Below, piece by piece: positions 27,234 to 38,765 of a DNA stretch of 64,000 nucleotides (position 1 is its first letter; each line of letters starts with the position of its first letter). The notes under the pieces were generated by a model. That model searched no databases. It was given only the letters and a program-made list of their open reading frames with translations, and was not told the DNA's origin. The stretch lies in the NCBI GenBank assembly GCA_965221695.1, contig OZ244905.1, forward strand, positions 2,240,001 through 2,304,000, read 5' to 3'. Origin of the DNA: Gammaproteobacteria bacterium. Lineage in GTDB: Bacteria; Pseudomonadota; Gammaproteobacteria; Eutrophobiales; Eutrophobiaceae. The position numbers and the translations under genes are program-made.

Positions 27234-27944
27234 TCATTTAGTACCCAGGTGTTTTTCTAGCGAAGCGAGGCGCCGTTTCTTATAATCCGCCAGCAAGCGT
27301 TCTCCGGCGGGTGTTGATAACGTTAGCCATTTGATATAGAGCCCGGTAGCGTCCTGCTCATCCAGTCGCCAGTTGACATTGGAAGCTTTCAATGCCGTGA
27401 CCAGGACGTACAGGCAGATGCCGGCGCTGACCGACAGGTTATAGCTCTGCGTGAAGCCATGGATTGGGATTCTCACGGTCTCATCAGACATGTCCCTTAG
27501 GGTTGCCGATAGGCCCGGTTCTTCTGAGCCGAAGCAGAGCGCCAGTTTGTCGTTGATGTCCAGCTCATCGAAGGTCTTGCCTGCTGGGGCCGGATCCATC
27601 GCAATGATGCGGTAGCCTCGTTGTTTTAGTTCTTCGATACAGGGCCGAGTACTGTCCGCTGCGTCCCGGCGATGTTTTACCAGGTCTATCCATTTTGACG
27701 CGCCCTGTGTTACCGCTGGGTTTAACTGGTACTCGTGGCGATTTTCGATGACATGAAGTTCCTGGATGCCCAGACATTCACAGGTTCGCATGACCGCGCT
27801 GGCATTTTGTGGCTGATAGATGTCTTCCAGCACAACAGTGATATGCCGAGTCCTCTGATCCAGAATGCTTTGCAGGCGTTTTCTGCGTTCTTCGTTGATG
27901 AAGCCGGACAGGTAATCAATGAGGCGCTGTAATTCCTGGGACAC
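27234..27944 (-). CDS. trmH: TrmH/SpoU-family RNA 2'-O-methyltransferase
   Basis: VVLEDIYQPQNASAVMRT, FGSEEPG, SYNLSVSA. Confidence 0.85.
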   Translation of the reverse strand: MSQELQRLIDYLSGFINEERRKRLQSILDQRTRHITVVLEDIYQPQNASAVMRTCECLGIQELHVIENRHEYQLNPAVTQGASKWIDLVKHRRDAADSTRPCIEELKQRGYRIIAMDPAPAGKTFDELDINDKLALCFGSEEPGLSATLRDMSDETVRIPIHGFTQSYNLSVSAGICLYVLVTALKASNVNWRLDEQDATGLYIKWLTLSTPAGERLLADYKKRRLASLEKHLGTK

Positions 27945-28040
27945 AATACTTATTTGAGAGGGTGTTGTCTAACTGAATTCCCGTCCCTCGCTAGCGCCAT
28001 GTGGGGACAGGTTTCACGGGATTGGAATATGCAGCGCTGG

Positions 28041-28072
28041 CTGACGCGGGCGAGACGCCCGCGTTCTCAGGA
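28041..28072 (+). repeat. REP-like hairpin, family B
   Basis: ctgacgcgggcgagacgcccgcgttctcagga. Confidence 0.7.
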
Positions 28073-28123
28073 ATATTGCGCCTGTGCAGAGGACTCTTTA
28101 TCCCGCGTGTGCGGGAACAAGGG

Positions 28124-28552
28124 TTAACGAAGTCGCCTATGATCCTCCTCCTCCTGGAATTCGCCTTCCACGATAATGTTTCTTCTGCGCAGGTCGTCAT
28201 GAAATGCCTGGCTCAGCATCCTTAGGGCCAGCATTGAGCGTAAGGAGGGGACCAGGCACAAAAATCCAATCACATCGGTGATGAAACCCGGAGTCAACAA
28301 CAGTACGGCGGCAACGAGCAGGATCAACCCTTCCAGCAGGTTATCAGCAGGTATTTCTCCCAGGCGCAGCTTCTCCCGGGCGCGCATCAGTGTCAATATG
28401 CCCTGAATTTTCAATAATATGGCTCCGATGGCTGCGGTCAGGATGCACAGTAATATCGTGGTCAGGGCGCCGATTTCCTGTCCTACTTCTATGAGAAAAT
28501 AGATCTCAACTAGTGGAACGGTAAGAAACAGCAGAAAAAGGATTCTGAACAT
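28124..28552 (-). CDS. fxsA: FxsA family membrane protein
   Basis: PLVEIYFLI.VG, LLLTPGFITD..G. Confidence 0.92.
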   Translation of the reverse strand: MFRILFLLFLTVPLVEIYFLIEVGQEIGALTTILLCILTAAIGAILLKIQGILTLMRAREKLRLGEIPADNLLEGLILLVAAVLLLTPGFITDVIGFLCLVPSLRSMLALRMLSQAFHDDLRRRNIIVEGEFQEEEDHRRLR

Positions 28553-28594
28553 GGGTTAATTTATGTAAGTTTTGCTATATAACCTATACTCGCT

Positions 28595-28712
28595 ACCATT
28601 CCCGTAATGAAAAAGGGAATCCAGTGGAACAACGGGTCGCCCCCCGTTTCCACGGGAGCAGGCTCTGCGAGCGACATAATGTTCGACTGGACTCCCGCTG
28701 TTGTGGGCGCGG
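28595..28712. repeat. degenerate REP family A copy
   Basis: gggaatccagt...gtcgccccccgtttccacgggagcaggct...gttcgactggactcccgc. Confidence 0.6.
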
Positions 28713-28899
28713 TGCGTAGGTATAGCTTGACCTGGGCGAACAGTTCCATGCCGTATGGGTGAGCAGGGCGCTGATCATAAGGGTTTGATTGTTGGCATCA
28801 TCCTCAATGTATAGATCGCGAGGCGATTTTTCAAGCAGGTTTCCACCGCCCTGGGTTATTATATCCTTTCTTGTTATTGTATCTTCAGACGCATTAAGT

Positions 28900-30729
28900 A
28901 TGAGAAGAGCTGTTATTATTGATTTATGCCGGGCCGGCGCCGTATCGTTGTGCCTGGTCGCATCTATCGCGTGCGCACAATCCATCAGCGAGCGCCTGAA
29001 AAACCTGGTTAACCCGGCCGGTAGCGATCCGGCAGGCGCCGGCATCCTGGCCCCGGACCAGGCCTTTCGATTGTCCGCAATGCCTCATGGCCACGACGCC
29101 GTGCGTTTCAACTGGGTAATCGAAGAAGGGTACTACCTGTACCGAGACAAGTTTTCATTCGTCTCCCTGACGGACGGCATAAGAGTCGATGGCGCGGCCA
29201 TACAAGCGCCGCGCGGCAAGATCAAACAGGATGAATCTTTTGGCGAGGTGGCCGTTAATACCGGGTTGGTTACTATCGTCGCGCCGCTTCTGCACACCAG
29301 CCCGGGACTTTCCGAAGCCTGGTTCCAGGTGGGATACCAAGGCTGCAAGGAAGGGTCGGTCTGCTATCCGCCGCAACAAAAACAAATCAAAGTGAACCTG
29401 GCACAGACCGTAGCGGCACAACCCATCAGTCAGGGCCGTCTTTCGGTACAAGACCGCATCACTGCGCGCCTGAAACAAGGCAGTTTTATCCTCAACATCG
29501 TGGCATTTTTTGCCTTTGGCGCGTTACTCTCATTAACCCCTTGTGTGTTCCCGATGGTCCCGATCCTGTCCGGAATCATCGTCGGCCAGCCCGGCACGGT
29601 AACCACCCGGCGCGGATTTCTGTTGTCCCTGAGCTATGTTTTGGCGATGGCGCTGACTTACTCCCTGCTCGGCGTGTTGGCTGGTTCTTTCCAAGTGAAT
29701 CTCCAGGCCAGTTCCCAGAATCCCTGGGTGATTGGCGCGTTCAGCCTGATATTTGTTATCCTGGCCTTGTCGATGTTCGGCTTATACGAGCTGCGCATCC
29801 CAACCGCCCTCCAGACCCGGCTTTCATCCCTGTCGACGCCTCGTCATGGTAGTGGCGTGTATGCTTGCGCGCTCATGGGCGCGGTGTCAGCGGTAATTGT
29901 AGGCCCTTGCGTCGCGCCGCCGCTGGCGGGGGCGTTGCTGTATATCAGCCAGACCGGTGATGCGGCGCTGGGCGGCGCGGCGCTGTTTTCCATGGGTCTG
30001 GGTTTCGGTCTGCCGTTGCTGGTCATCGGCGCCTCCGCGGGATCATTATTGCCGCGCATCGGCGCCTGGATGGAAAAGGTTAAGCAGGGTTTCGGCATCA
30101 TCATGCTGGGAGTCGCAATCTGGTTTCTGGAACGCGTCGTGCCCGGCAACATAGCGATGATCCTATGGGCGTTGCTGGTGATGGTCAGCGCGTTGCTCCT
30201 CGGCGCGCTGGATCGCAATGCGCGTGCCGGCAAATTATTCAGGGCGCTAGGCATCGCCGGCTTGATCTACGCAGGCGCGTTGATCGTCGGCGCGCTATCG
30301 GGCTCCCAGGACATGTTGCGTCCTCTAGCGCGCCTGACAGGAGATCCCGCCACAAAACACAGTCTTGACTTCCAGCGCATCAAGACTAGCGTAGACCTGG
30401 ATCGTAACCTCGCTGCCGCGGGCGCAGCGGATAAATTCGTGATGCTGGATTTCTATGCGGATTGGTGCGTCACTTGCATAGAAATGGAAGAGAACACATT
30501 TTCTGAGCCGTCTGTTCAACAAGCTTTGTCCGGTATGGTCTTGCTGCAGGCCGATGTAACCCGTAACGATAGAGAAGACCAACGGTTGCTCAGTCGTTTT
30601 CAATTGTTCGGGCCGCCAGCCGTTCTGTTTTTCAAGCCTGACAGGCGGGAATTGCAGGAATACCGTCTAATCGGTTACGTCAGGCCGGAACAGTTCCTGA
30701 GTCACCTGGCAAAATTGCCGTCTCCATGA
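28900..30729 (+). CDS. dsbD: thiol:disulfide interchange protein DsbD
   Basis: GYYLYR, YQGC...CYPP, LTPCVFPM, GPCVAPPL, FYADWCVTC. Confidence 0.95.
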   Translation: MRRAVIIDLCRAGAVSLCLVASIACAQSISERLKNLVNPAGSDPAGAGILAPDQAFRLSAMPHGHDAVRFNWVIEEGYYLYRDKFSFVSLTDGIRVDGAAIQAPRGKIKQDESFGEVAVNTGLVTIVAPLLHTSPGLSEAWFQVGYQGCKEGSVCYPPQQKQIKVNLAQTVAAQPISQGRLSVQDRITARLKQGSFILNIVAFFAFGALLSLTPCVFPMVPILSGIIVGQPGTVTTRRGFLLSLSYVLAMALTYSLLGVLAGSFQVNLQASSQNPWVIGAFSLIFVILALSMFGLYELRIPTALQTRLSSLSTPRHGSGVYACALMGAVSAVIVGPCVAPPLAGALLYISQTGDAALGGAALFSMGLGFGLPLLVIGASAGSLLPRIGAWMEKVKQGFGIIMLGVAIWFLERVVPGNIAMILWALLVMVSALLLGALDRNARAGKLFRALGIAGLIYAGALIVGALSGSQDMLRPLARLTGDPATKHSLDFQRIKTSVDLDRNLAAAGAADKFVMLDFYADWCVTCIEMEENTFSEPSVQQALSGMVLLQADVTRNDREDQRLLSRFQLFGPPAVLFFKPDRRELQEYRLIGYVRPEQFLSHLAKLPSP

Positions 30730-31301
30730 AACAGGCGGTTTTATGGACGACGCTCACGGGCCTGGCGCTTGCGTCCGGTTACCTGGGCTATCGCTTGTAC
30801 CATTATCTGCAGGAGCGCCCAGCCCATTCACCAACGGCAATCGTCGACTCCGGCAGGCAGGTCGCCATAGGCGCGCAGGTCATCGGCCGTAACAGACCGG
30901 AATTCACCCTGCCGGACCTGGACGGCCGGCCGCGCGCCATCACCGAGTGGGATGGCAAGGTGCTGGCGCTGAACTTCTGGGCAACCTGGTGTCCACCCTG
31001 CCTGAAAGAAGTTCCTGAGTTTGTAGCCTTGCAGGAGAAGTACCGGGCGCAGGGCTTGCAGTTCATCGGCATCGCTTTGCAGAAACCGGAAGAAGTGCGC
31101 GAGTTTGTCGCGCAACACAAGGTGAATTACCCGATACTGGCCGGGGAACTTGAGGTCGTGGAGCTTGCCCAGCTCTACGGTAATAACCTGGGAGCTCTGC
31201 CATATACTGTGATCATCGACAGGAACGGACTGATAACCCACGTTAAAGCTGGTGTCCTGCCCACCGAGGAAGCAGAAAACATCATCAGGGAGTTGCTGTA
31301 A
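30726..31301 (+). CDS. TlpA-family disulfide reductase
   Basis: NFWATWCPPCLKE, N-terminal membrane anchor. Confidence 0.9.
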   Translation: MKQAVLWTTLTGLALASGYLGYRLYHYLQERPAHSPTAIVDSGRQVAIGAQVIGRNRPEFTLPDLDGRPRAITEWDGKVLALNFWATWCPPCLKEVPEFVALQEKYRAQGLQFIGIALQKPEEVREFVAQHKVNYPILAGELEVVELAQLYGNNLGALPYTVIIDRNGLITHVKAGVLPTEEAENIIRELL

Positions 31302-31388
31302 GTCAGCCCGGTTCTTTTTTCTTTAATTTCGTCTATTTTCTGCTAATATGCTGAAATTGTGGCGATCTAACTTTATAATCTTACTATC

Positions 31389-31829
31389 ATGGCAAAAATG
31401 CTGGCATTACATGGGCCCAACTTGAACCTGCTTGGGGAGCGGGAACCGGAAATCTACGGAACGACCACCCTTGATGACATCAATAGGGACCTGATCACTG
31501 CCGCCGAACGCATAGGCCACAGCCTGGATTGTTTCCAATCCAACGCTGAACATAAACTGGTGGAGCGCATCCACCAGGCAAAAAAGCAAGGCGTCGGGTA
31601 TATCATCATCAATCCAGGAGCGTTTACCCACACCAGCATCGCTCTGCGGGACGCGTTTTCCGGCGTTGCCATCCCCTTTATTGAAGTTCACCTGTCCAAT
31701 GTGTTTGCCCGGGAGGACTTTCGTCGCCATTCCTACCTGTCGGACCAGGCCATTGCGGTGATCAGCGGCGCAGGCGCGTTGGGATATCGCCTGGCCTTGC
31801 AGTTGGCTGCCGAGAAAATAAAGGAATAA
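31389..31829 (+). CDS. aroQ: type II 3-dehydroquinate dehydratase
   Basis: [30 protein letters not shown]. Confidence 0.96.
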   Translation: MAKMLALHGPNLNLLGEREPEIYGTTTLDDINRDLITAAERIGHSLDCFQSNAEHKLVERIHQAKKQGVGYIIINPGAFTHTSIALRDAFSGVAIPFIEVHLSNVFAREDFRRHSYLSDQAIAVISGAGALGYRLALQLAAEKIKE

Positions 31830-31833
31830 GCGC

Positions 31834-32304
31834 GTGGATATTCGAAAAGTAAAAAAGTTGATTGAAATGCTGGAAGAATCCGCCATCGATGAGATTGAGA
31901 TTCACGAGGATAAGGATTCTGTAAGGGTCAGCCGCAACCGGCACGAGCCTGCTCCCGCCGCTGCCGTTATGCCGGCGCAGAAGATACAAGTCGCCACCCA
32001 GCCCAACGCTCCCGCGGCTGAACCGGCGCCGAGCGCCGAACCGGCAGAATCGGAGGAACCTGAGGAAAATATCATTCGCTCGCCCATGGTGGGAATTTTC
32101 TATGAAGCCCAGGCGCCGGATAAACCATCTTTTGTCGAACTCGGCCAGACCGTGGCAAAGGGCGATGTGCTCTGTATCATAGAAGCAATGAAGATCATGA
32201 ATCAGGTGGAATCCGAGAAAGCCGGCATCGTGAGTCGCATCATGGGTGTCAACGGCGAGCCTGTGGAATTCGGGCAGCCCCTGTTCATAATCCGTGACCA
32301 GTAG
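31834..32304 (+). CDS. accB: acetyl-CoA carboxylase biotin carboxyl carrier protein
   Basis: MDIRKVKKLIE, EAMKIMN biotinylation motif. Confidence 0.96.
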   Translation: MDIRKVKKLIEMLEESAIDEIEIHEDKDSVRVSRNRHEPAPAAAVMPAQKIQVATQPNAPAAEPAPSAEPAESEEPEENIIRSPMVGIFYEAQAPDKPSFVELGQTVAKGDVLCIIEAMKIMNQVESEKAGIVSRIMGVNGEPVEFGQPLFIIRDQ

Positions 32305-32352
32305 CCTCTGCGCCAGCCGGGGCGCCTCGACTGAATCAAAGGCGAGATAACA

Positions 32353-33696
32353 ATGCTTGAGAAAGTGGTCATTGCCAACCGGGGCGAGATAGCTCTGCGT
32401 ATCCTGCGTTCCTGCCGCGAACTCGGTATCAAGACCGTCGCCGTGTTCTCGGAAGTGGACCGCGATCAAAAACATGTGTTGCTGGCTGATGAAGCGGTGT
32501 GCATCGGCCCGGCTGCGTCCGCCGGTAGCTACCTGAATATCCCCGCTGTCATCAGCGCCGCGGAAGTCACAGATGCAGCGGCGATACATCCAGGCTATGG
32601 CTTTCTGGCAGAGAATGCCGATTTTGCCGAAAGGGTCGAAGAAAGCGGCTTTATTTTTATCGGTCCGCGCGCCGATACTATCCGCCTGATGGGCAGTAAG
32701 ATCTCCGCCCGAGAACAGATGCGGAAATTCAATGTGCCCTGTGTCCCCGGTTCCGATGGTGATATAGGCGATGATATCGATGAAATCGGCAGAATCGCCC
32801 GAGAACTGGGCTACCCGGTTATCATCAAAGCCGCCGCCGGCGGCGGCGGAAGAGGGATGCGCATTGTGCGCGGAGAGGCGACCTTGCGCAATGCTGTGAC
32901 ATTGACCCGAGCCGAGGCTGCCGCAGCATTTGCCGATGATACGTTGTATATGGAAAAATTTCTTGAGCGTCCGCGCCACATCGAAATACAAATCCTGGCG
33001 GATGAGGAGGCCAATGTCATCCACTTGGGGGAACGGGATTGTTCTATGCAGCGGCGCCACCAGAAGGTCATGGAGGAGGCGCCTGCGATTGGGATTACAG
33101 AGAAAATGCGCAAGGAAATCGGTGAAATCTGTGTGCATGCCTGCAAATCAATGGGTTATCGCGGCGCCGGCACCATGGAGTTCCTGTATCAGGATGGGGA
33201 GTTTTACTTTATAGAGATGAACACCCGCATTCAGGTGGAGCATCCGGTCACCGAAATGGTGACTGGTGTCGATATTGTCAAGGAACAGCTACGGACCGCT
33301 GCCGGCGAGTTGCTCAGTTACAAACAGGAAGATGTCCGCTTGCGCGGCCATGCGCTGGAATGCCGCATCCAGGCAGAGGACCCCGACACGTTCATGCCGT
33401 CGCCGGGACAGATCAAACGTTTTCATCAACCCGGCGGCCCGGGTATTCGCATGGAGACCCACATTTATGACGGATATCATATACCGCCGCACTACGATTC
33501 AATGATCGCGAAGCTTGTCGCCCATGCGGAGACCCGCGAGTTGGCCTTGGCGCGTATGTCCACGGCGTTGTCCGAGTTGGTCATAGAAGGCATCAAGACC
33601 AATGTGCCCCTGCTGCAAAAATTGCTGGATGACGCAGCATTTGTTGCCGGGGGCACCGATATCCATTATCTGGAAAACAAACACGGTCTCAAGTAA
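32353..33696 (+). CDS. accC: acetyl-CoA carboxylase biotin carboxylase
   Basis: [28 protein letters not shown]. Confidence 0.97.
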   Translation: MLEKVVIANRGEIALRILRSCRELGIKTVAVFSEVDRDQKHVLLADEAVCIGPAASAGSYLNIPAVISAAEVTDAAAIHPGYGFLAENADFAERVEESGFIFIGPRADTIRLMGSKISAREQMRKFNVPCVPGSDGDIGDDIDEIGRIARELGYPVIIKAAAGGGGRGMRIVRGEATLRNAVTLTRAEAAAAFADDTLYMEKFLERPRHIEIQILADEEANVIHLGERDCSMQRRHQKVMEEAPAIGITEKMRKEIGEICVHACKSMGYRGAGTMEFLYQDGEFYFIEMNTRIQVEHPVTEMVTGVDIVKEQLRTAAGELLSYKQEDVRLRGHALECRIQAEDPDTFMPSPGQIKRFHQPGGPGIRMETHIYDGYHIPPHYDSMIAKLVAHAETRELALARMSTALSELVIEGIKTNVPLLQKLLDDAAFVAGGTDIHYLENKHGLK

Positions 33697-33698
33697 CA

Positions 33699-34586
33699 TT
33701 GTTCACGGAATGTCCATCCTGTGAAAGCCTATATCGGATCCGCGCGGCCCAACTCTGCGCTGCCGACGGCTGGGTCAGATGCGGTAATTGTGGAGAGACA
33801 TTTCATGCTCTGGCCCGGTTGTATGATACCCCGACAAAACAACTGCTAACCCCGCATCAATCAGATGACAGCGCTGCGCCGCCGTTTTCGCAGCGCGTTG
33901 AGTTGGAGCAGACGGACACGCTGGCGCAACGCATTGAGGAGGATGCGTCCCTCGAACAGAGCGCAGCGGTTGACACTGCGCTAGCGCCTGATGAAGCAGT
34001 GACGCAACGACCTAAATCAAGAGAGACTGAAACGTCAGATCTGGACAAAGAGCTGGAAGTTCAGACTAACCTGCCGCCAGAGCTGGCAGAGGATGCCGAA
34101 AAAAGCGCCCGACCCTACGCGCGCGTCATCTGGCTGAGCCTGATTCTTATCCTGTCAACGCTGGCAGTTGCGCAGCTTGCCTGGTTTAACAGAGATCAAC
34201 TGTTGCGCGCGTATCCGGGACTCTTCCCTTGGGTGGAGCAGATTTGTGAGAGCTTGCAGTGCAAACCGATCCGTTTTCGTGATCTGTCGGCCATCAGGCT
34301 GATGAGCAGACAGGTATCGCTACACCCACGTTACCGGAATGCCCTGTTGGTAAACGCCACCCTGGTCAACGATGCCGAATTCATCCAGCCTTTTCCCGCC
34401 ATTGAGTTGCTTATTTTTTCTACTGAAGGGCAAGTTCTTTCCCGCGGCCGTTTCAAGCCTGCGGAATACCTGGAGCCGGGAATTAAGTCCTCCTCCGTCA
34501 TGCTCCCCGGCGCGCCGGCGCACCTCAAACTGGAAGTTTCCGGCCCGTCACAGGAAGCAGTAAGTTTCCTGTTTCGCCTTTATTGA
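33699..34586 (+). CDS. zinc-ribbon / DUF3426 domain protein
   Basis: N-terminal CxxC..VRCGxC, TM segment, position after accC. Confidence 0.8.
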   Translation: MFTECPSCESLYRIRAAQLCAADGWVRCGNCGETFHALARLYDTPTKQLLTPHQSDDSAAPPFSQRVELEQTDTLAQRIEEDASLEQSAAVDTALAPDEAVTQRPKSRETETSDLDKELEVQTNLPPELAEDAEKSARPYARVIWLSLILILSTLAVAQLAWFNRDQLLRAYPGLFPWVEQICESLQCKPIRFRDLSAIRLMSRQVSLHPRYRNALLVNATLVNDAEFIQPFPAIELLIFSTEGQVLSRGRFKPAEYLEPGIKSSSVMLPGAPAHLKLEVSGPSQEAVSFLFRLY

Positions 34587-34722
34587 TGGCTGGTTCTTTC
34601 TAAGAAATACAAGCGAGTTGCCGAAAGGGATTGCGCAAGGGCGCATAGCTTGATATTGTTGAAGGCGGGGATGGGCGCAACTGGACCATAAGGAAATTCC
34701 TACAAGTTCCGGATAGACTTAA

Positions 34723-34806
34723 TGAAGCTCTGAACAAGTCCGTCATGGACTTGTCAGAGCGATACATCCCTGTATCGCGGGGACTTCTGACTTAAACAGA
34801 GCTTCC
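34723..34806. mobile_element. family C MITE (internally shortened)
   Basis: ttaa-tgaagctctgaacaagtccgtcatggacttgtcagag...ctgacttaaacagagcttcc. Confidence 0.7.
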
Positions 34807-34857
34807 ATAATAAGAGGAAGGCCTATAACAATACATGATAATAGAATTAATGACATT

Positions 34858-35124
34858 GTGACCAAACAGGATTCAACAATATCGGATTCCACCTCACAAC
34901 CTCTATGTGGATGCGTGGAAAAGACGCTGAAAAATTATTTTAATGATCTGGATGGGCAGGATACTTCGGACCTCTATGAACTGGTGATTTCCCAAGTTGA
35001 AAAGCCGTTGTTTGAAATCGTATTAGCGCAATATAATGGCAACGTCAGCCGCGCCGCGCAAGCGCTGGGCTTGAACAGGGGAACGGTATTGGGGCGATTG
35101 AAGAAATACGGCATCGTCCGCTGA
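34858..35124 (+). CDS. fis: Fis DNA-binding protein
   Basis: [30 protein letters not shown]; upstream of purH. Confidence 0.88.
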   Translation: MTKQDSTISDSTSQPLCGCVEKTLKNYFNDLDGQDTSDLYELVISQVEKPLFEIVLAQYNGNVSRAAQALGLNRGTVLGRLKKYGIVR

Positions 35125-35125
35125 C

Positions 35126-36688
35126 ATGGTTAGTGTAAGGCGCGCGCTGCTCAGTGTCTCGGATAAATCCGGGATCGTGGAATTATGCCGGGAACTTGAG
35201 CGAATGGGGATCGCGTTGCTGTCTACCGGTGGCACTTTCAGATTGCTCAGGTCCAATGATATCCAAGTGACGGATGTCTCCGACTTCACCGGGTTCCCGG
35301 AGATTATGGACGGCAGGGTTAAAACCCTGCACCCGAAGATTCATGGCGGTCTGCTCGGACGGCCAGGAGTCGATGACAGGATCATGGAAGAATTGGAGAT
35401 TCCACCCATCGACCTGGTGGTCGTCAATCTGTACCCGTTTGAAGACACCATAAAACGTCCCGACTGCGCCCTGACGGAGGCGATCGAAAACATTGATATT
35501 GGCGGCCCTGCGATGCTAAGGGCCGCAGCCAAGAATTACGAATTCACCGGCGTTGTCGTCGATAGCGCGGATTACCCCGCGCTACTAAGTGAGTTACAGG
35601 AAAACGACAACCGGCTAAGTGTAGAAACCTGTTTTCGATTGGCGCAAAAAGTCTTCTCACACACGGCAAACTACGACGCCAACGTGGCTAACTACCTGGG
35701 CGCTTCGGACCACATGGGCAACAGCAGAAATTACCCGGATACTTACACCATGCAGTTCAGCCTCGCCCAGGAGTTGAGGTATGGCGAAAACCCCCACCAG
35801 TCCGCGGCTTTTTATACCGAACCCGATCCCGCCGCCGGAACACTCGCCGCTGCGCGCCAGTTGCAGGGAAAAACGCTTTCTTACAATAATCTGGCCGATG
35901 CCGACTCCGCGTTGGAATGCGTGTCCGGATTCCGCGAGCCTGCTTGTGTGATCGTCAAACACGCCAATCCCTGTGGCGTCGCTGAAGACGAATCGCTGGC
36001 CGCAGCGTATGCCGCAGCGTATGCGACCGACCCAATTTCTGCGTTCGGCGGCATCATTGCTTTTAACCGTAGTCTGGATCCGGAAACCGCGCAAAAAATC
36101 CTCGATCAGCAGTTCGTGGAGGCGCTTCTGGCCCCGGACCTGGAACAAGGAGTCCTCTCCATAACGGAAACAAAGCCGGGAGTAAGATTGCTGGTTACCG
36201 GCAAACGGTCATCCCAGCCCGCGCAACTGGAACTCAAGCGCGTTAGCGGCGGATTGTTGGTGCAGGACTCCGATACGGGCGTCCTCAAGCCTGAACAGCT
36301 ACATGTCGTATCCCGGCGCAAACCGGCCGCCGGGGAATTGAAAGATCTGCTGTTTGCCTGGCAAGTGGCCAAATACGTGAAATCCAATGCCATCGTCTAT
36401 GCCAGGGAACGCCGAACTATTGGCATCGGCGCCGGACAGATGAGCCGGGTCTACAGCGCTCGGATCGCTGCTATCAAGGCTGCCGATGCCGGTATTGAGG
36501 TCGCCGGCGCGGTGATGGCCTCGGATGCGTTTTTCCCATTCCGGGACGGCATCGATTCCGCTGCGCAGTCAGGAGTCAGGGCCGTCATACAACCGGGCGG
36601 TTCGGTGCGGGATAAAGAGGTTATTGCGGCTGCGGATGAACATGACATGGCCATGGTATTTACCTCGATGCGCCATTTTCGGCACTGA
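35126..36688 (+). CDS. purH: AICAR transformylase / IMP cyclohydrolase
   Basis: [38 protein letters not shown]. Confidence 0.97.
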   Translation: MVSVRRALLSVSDKSGIVELCRELERMGIALLSTGGTFRLLRSNDIQVTDVSDFTGFPEIMDGRVKTLHPKIHGGLLGRPGVDDRIMEELEIPPIDLVVVNLYPFEDTIKRPDCALTEAIENIDIGGPAMLRAAAKNYEFTGVVVDSADYPALLSELQENDNRLSVETCFRLAQKVFSHTANYDANVANYLGASDHMGNSRNYPDTYTMQFSLAQELRYGENPHQSAAFYTEPDPAAGTLAAARQLQGKTLSYNNLADADSALECVSGFREPACVIVKHANPCGVAEDESLAAAYAAAYATDPISAFGGIIAFNRSLDPETAQKILDQQFVEALLAPDLEQGVLSITETKPGVRLLVTGKRSSQPAQLELKRVSGGLLVQDSDTGVLKPEQLHVVSRRKPAAGELKDLLFAWQVAKYVKSNAIVYARERRTIGIGAGQMSRVYSARIAAIKAADAGIEVAGAVMASDAFFPFRDGIDSAAQSGVRAVIQPGGSVRDKEVIAAADEHDMAMVFTSMRHFRH

Positions 36689-36706
36689 TCCATTTGGAAC
36701 CCCGGC

Positions 36707-38014
36707 TTGGCATTTAATGTTCTGATCATCGGCGGCGGCGGACGGGAGCATGCGCTGGCATGGAAATCGGCGCAATCACCGGAAGTGGAAAAAGTATTCG
36801 TGGCGCCAGGCAACGCCGGCGCCGCGCTGGAGGACAAAGTCGAAAACATCGGGCTCACTGATACAGAAGGACTGATCGAATTTGCTCGCCGTAACGACGT
36901 GGCGCTGACCATTGTGGGCCCCGAGGCGCCGCTGGTGGCTGGCATCACGGACGCATTCTTCGCCGCGGGGCTGCGCTGCTTCGGCCCATCCGCACAGGCT
37001 GCGAGGCTGGAAGGTTCCAAGAGTTTCAGCAAGGCTTTTATGCGACGTCACGACATTCCAACGGCTGAATATGAGAGCTTTTCCGAAATCGATGCGGCGC
37101 TGGATTATCTCAAGTCGAGGACTTTTCCGATTGTGATCAAGGCGGACGGTCTGGCCGCAGGCAAGGGCGTGATCATTGCCCGAAACCATGCACAAGCCTG
37201 GCAGGCTCTGACCGATATGATGGCTGGCGGCAAATTCGGCGCTGCGGGGCAGCAGGTCGTCATAGAGGATTTTATCGATGGAGAAGAAACCAGCTTCATC
37301 GTGATAAGCGACGGCGATAGCATAGTCCCGCTGGCAAGTTCCCAGGACCATAAAGCCAGGGATGACGGAGACCTCGGACCCAATACCGGCGGCATGGGAG
37401 CTTATTCCCCTTCTTCCATCATGGACGCAACTCTGTATGACCAGATCATGCAGCGCGTCATTGAACCGACTATTGCCGGTATGCGGGAGGAAGGCAATCC
37501 CTACCGCGGATTCCTGTATGCCGGTCTGATGGTAGACACCGCGGGCAATCCCGTGGTTCTGGAGTTTAATTGCCGTCTGGGTGATCCCGAGACCCAGCCC
37601 ATCCTGATGCGCCTGCAAGGGGATTTGCCGGAGTTGTGTGATATGGCTCATGCGCAACAATTGCGCGCGGATACGATCTCCTGGGACCCGCGCCCGGCGG
37701 TGGGTGTGGTGATGGCTTCGTCAGGATATCCTGAAGGATCTACCCAGGGTCGGAGCATTGCCGGCCTTGCGCGTGCAGACGAGATTGCGAAGGTCTTTCA
37801 CGCTGGAACCCGGCAGGCCGGAGGCGAGATTCTCACTAACGGCGGCCGCGTGCTGTGTATCACCGCGCTGGCAGACAGTGTTACCGATGCCACGCGCAAA
37901 GTCTACCAGGCAGTGGAAGCCATAAATTGTGAAGCATTGTTTTATCGCACCGATATCGCCCAGCGCGCGCTGGCCAGGGAGGCAAAGCCGGAATATATAA
38001 AGCCCTTCAGATAA
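36707..38014 (+). CDS. purD: phosphoribosylamine-glycine ligase
   Basis: [42 protein letters not shown]. Confidence 0.97.
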   Translation: MAFNVLIIGGGGREHALAWKSAQSPEVEKVFVAPGNAGAALEDKVENIGLTDTEGLIEFARRNDVALTIVGPEAPLVAGITDAFFAAGLRCFGPSAQAARLEGSKSFSKAFMRRHDIPTAEYESFSEIDAALDYLKSRTFPIVIKADGLAAGKGVIIARNHAQAWQALTDMMAGGKFGAAGQQVVIEDFIDGEETSFIVISDGDSIVPLASSQDHKARDDGDLGPNTGGMGAYSPSSIMDATLYDQIMQRVIEPTIAGMREEGNPYRGFLYAGLMVDTAGNPVVLEFNCRLGDPETQPILMRLQGDLPELCDMAHAQQLRADTISWDPRPAVGVVMASSGYPEGSTQGRSIAGLARADEIAKVFHAGTRQAGGEILTNGGRVLCITALADSVTDATRKVYQAVEAINCEALFYRTDIAQRALAREAKPEYIKPFR

Positions 38015-38287
38015 TGAACAGTTGTTATCTTCTTTTCATTCTGAGGTTAGCCGCGGCTTGCCAGAGCGGAAAAAACAAAAAAATTAAAATATTTCCCACA
38101 CAGCCCAAATGATTTTGTAATATAATCATAGCTTCAGGAGGAGCATTCCGATGGCATTATTTGTGAATAGCTCTATGCCAGAGATTATCTTTGACAGGGA
38201 GCGCCACGGCGCATGAACAATAAAGGGGTCTCTGATTCGTCAGTTTCCTCTGACAATTAAACTATTCTTCCTTAGAGAGGGGCAGAC

Positions 38288-38620
38288 ATGTCTTACCAAC
38301 CGCAAGCGATTTCTGAAAAGCAAACCAAATCTCAAATTCTGGCGTATATTGCCGAGGACACAGGCCTGACAAAAAAGCAGGTTGCGGCAGTACTGGACTC
38401 TATGGCCGGGCTGGCCACGCGTCACCTGCAGAACGGCGCCTCGGGTGAATTTACCATCCCTTCAATGGGCGTTAAATTAAGCCGGGTGATCAAACCTGCT
38501 CGACCGGCGCGACCTGGGATAAACCCGGCCACTGGGGAGAGAATTACCATCGCAGCAAAGCCGGCATCCGTGGCTGTGCGCGCTACGCCTTTGAAGGCTC
38601 TGAAAGACTCGGTGTCTTGA
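38288..38620 (+). CDS. HU-family DNA-binding protein
   Basis: TKSQI...AEDTGL.KKQV, RPGINPATGE.ITI.AKPA. Confidence 0.88.
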   Translation: MSYQPQAISEKQTKSQILAYIAEDTGLTKKQVAAVLDSMAGLATRHLQNGASGEFTIPSMGVKLSRVIKPARPARPGINPATGERITIAAKPASVAVRATPLKALKDSVS

Positions 38621-38647
38621 GGAACTTCTGACTTAATCAGAGGTTTC
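38621..38647. repeat. minimal family C MITE (fused terminal repeats)
   Basis: ggaacttctgacttaatcagaggtttc. Confidence 0.6.
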
Positions 38648-38765
38648 TTACTTGAATTTGCGGTTAATCCAGCGCCCCTGATTTCTAATCAATAAATCGG
38701 GGGCAGCCAACTCCTGCCCCGGCCTGACCGGCAGATCGGATGTTCAGACGCGCAGACTGAACATT

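Noticed and set aside
31762-33138. 458-aa minus-strand ORF
   Set aside because: Antisense shadow of accB-accC
38700-38722. Intrinsic terminator between the HU-like gene and hisH
   Set aside because: A GGGGCAG/CTGCCCC stem is present but there is no clear U-tract directly after it
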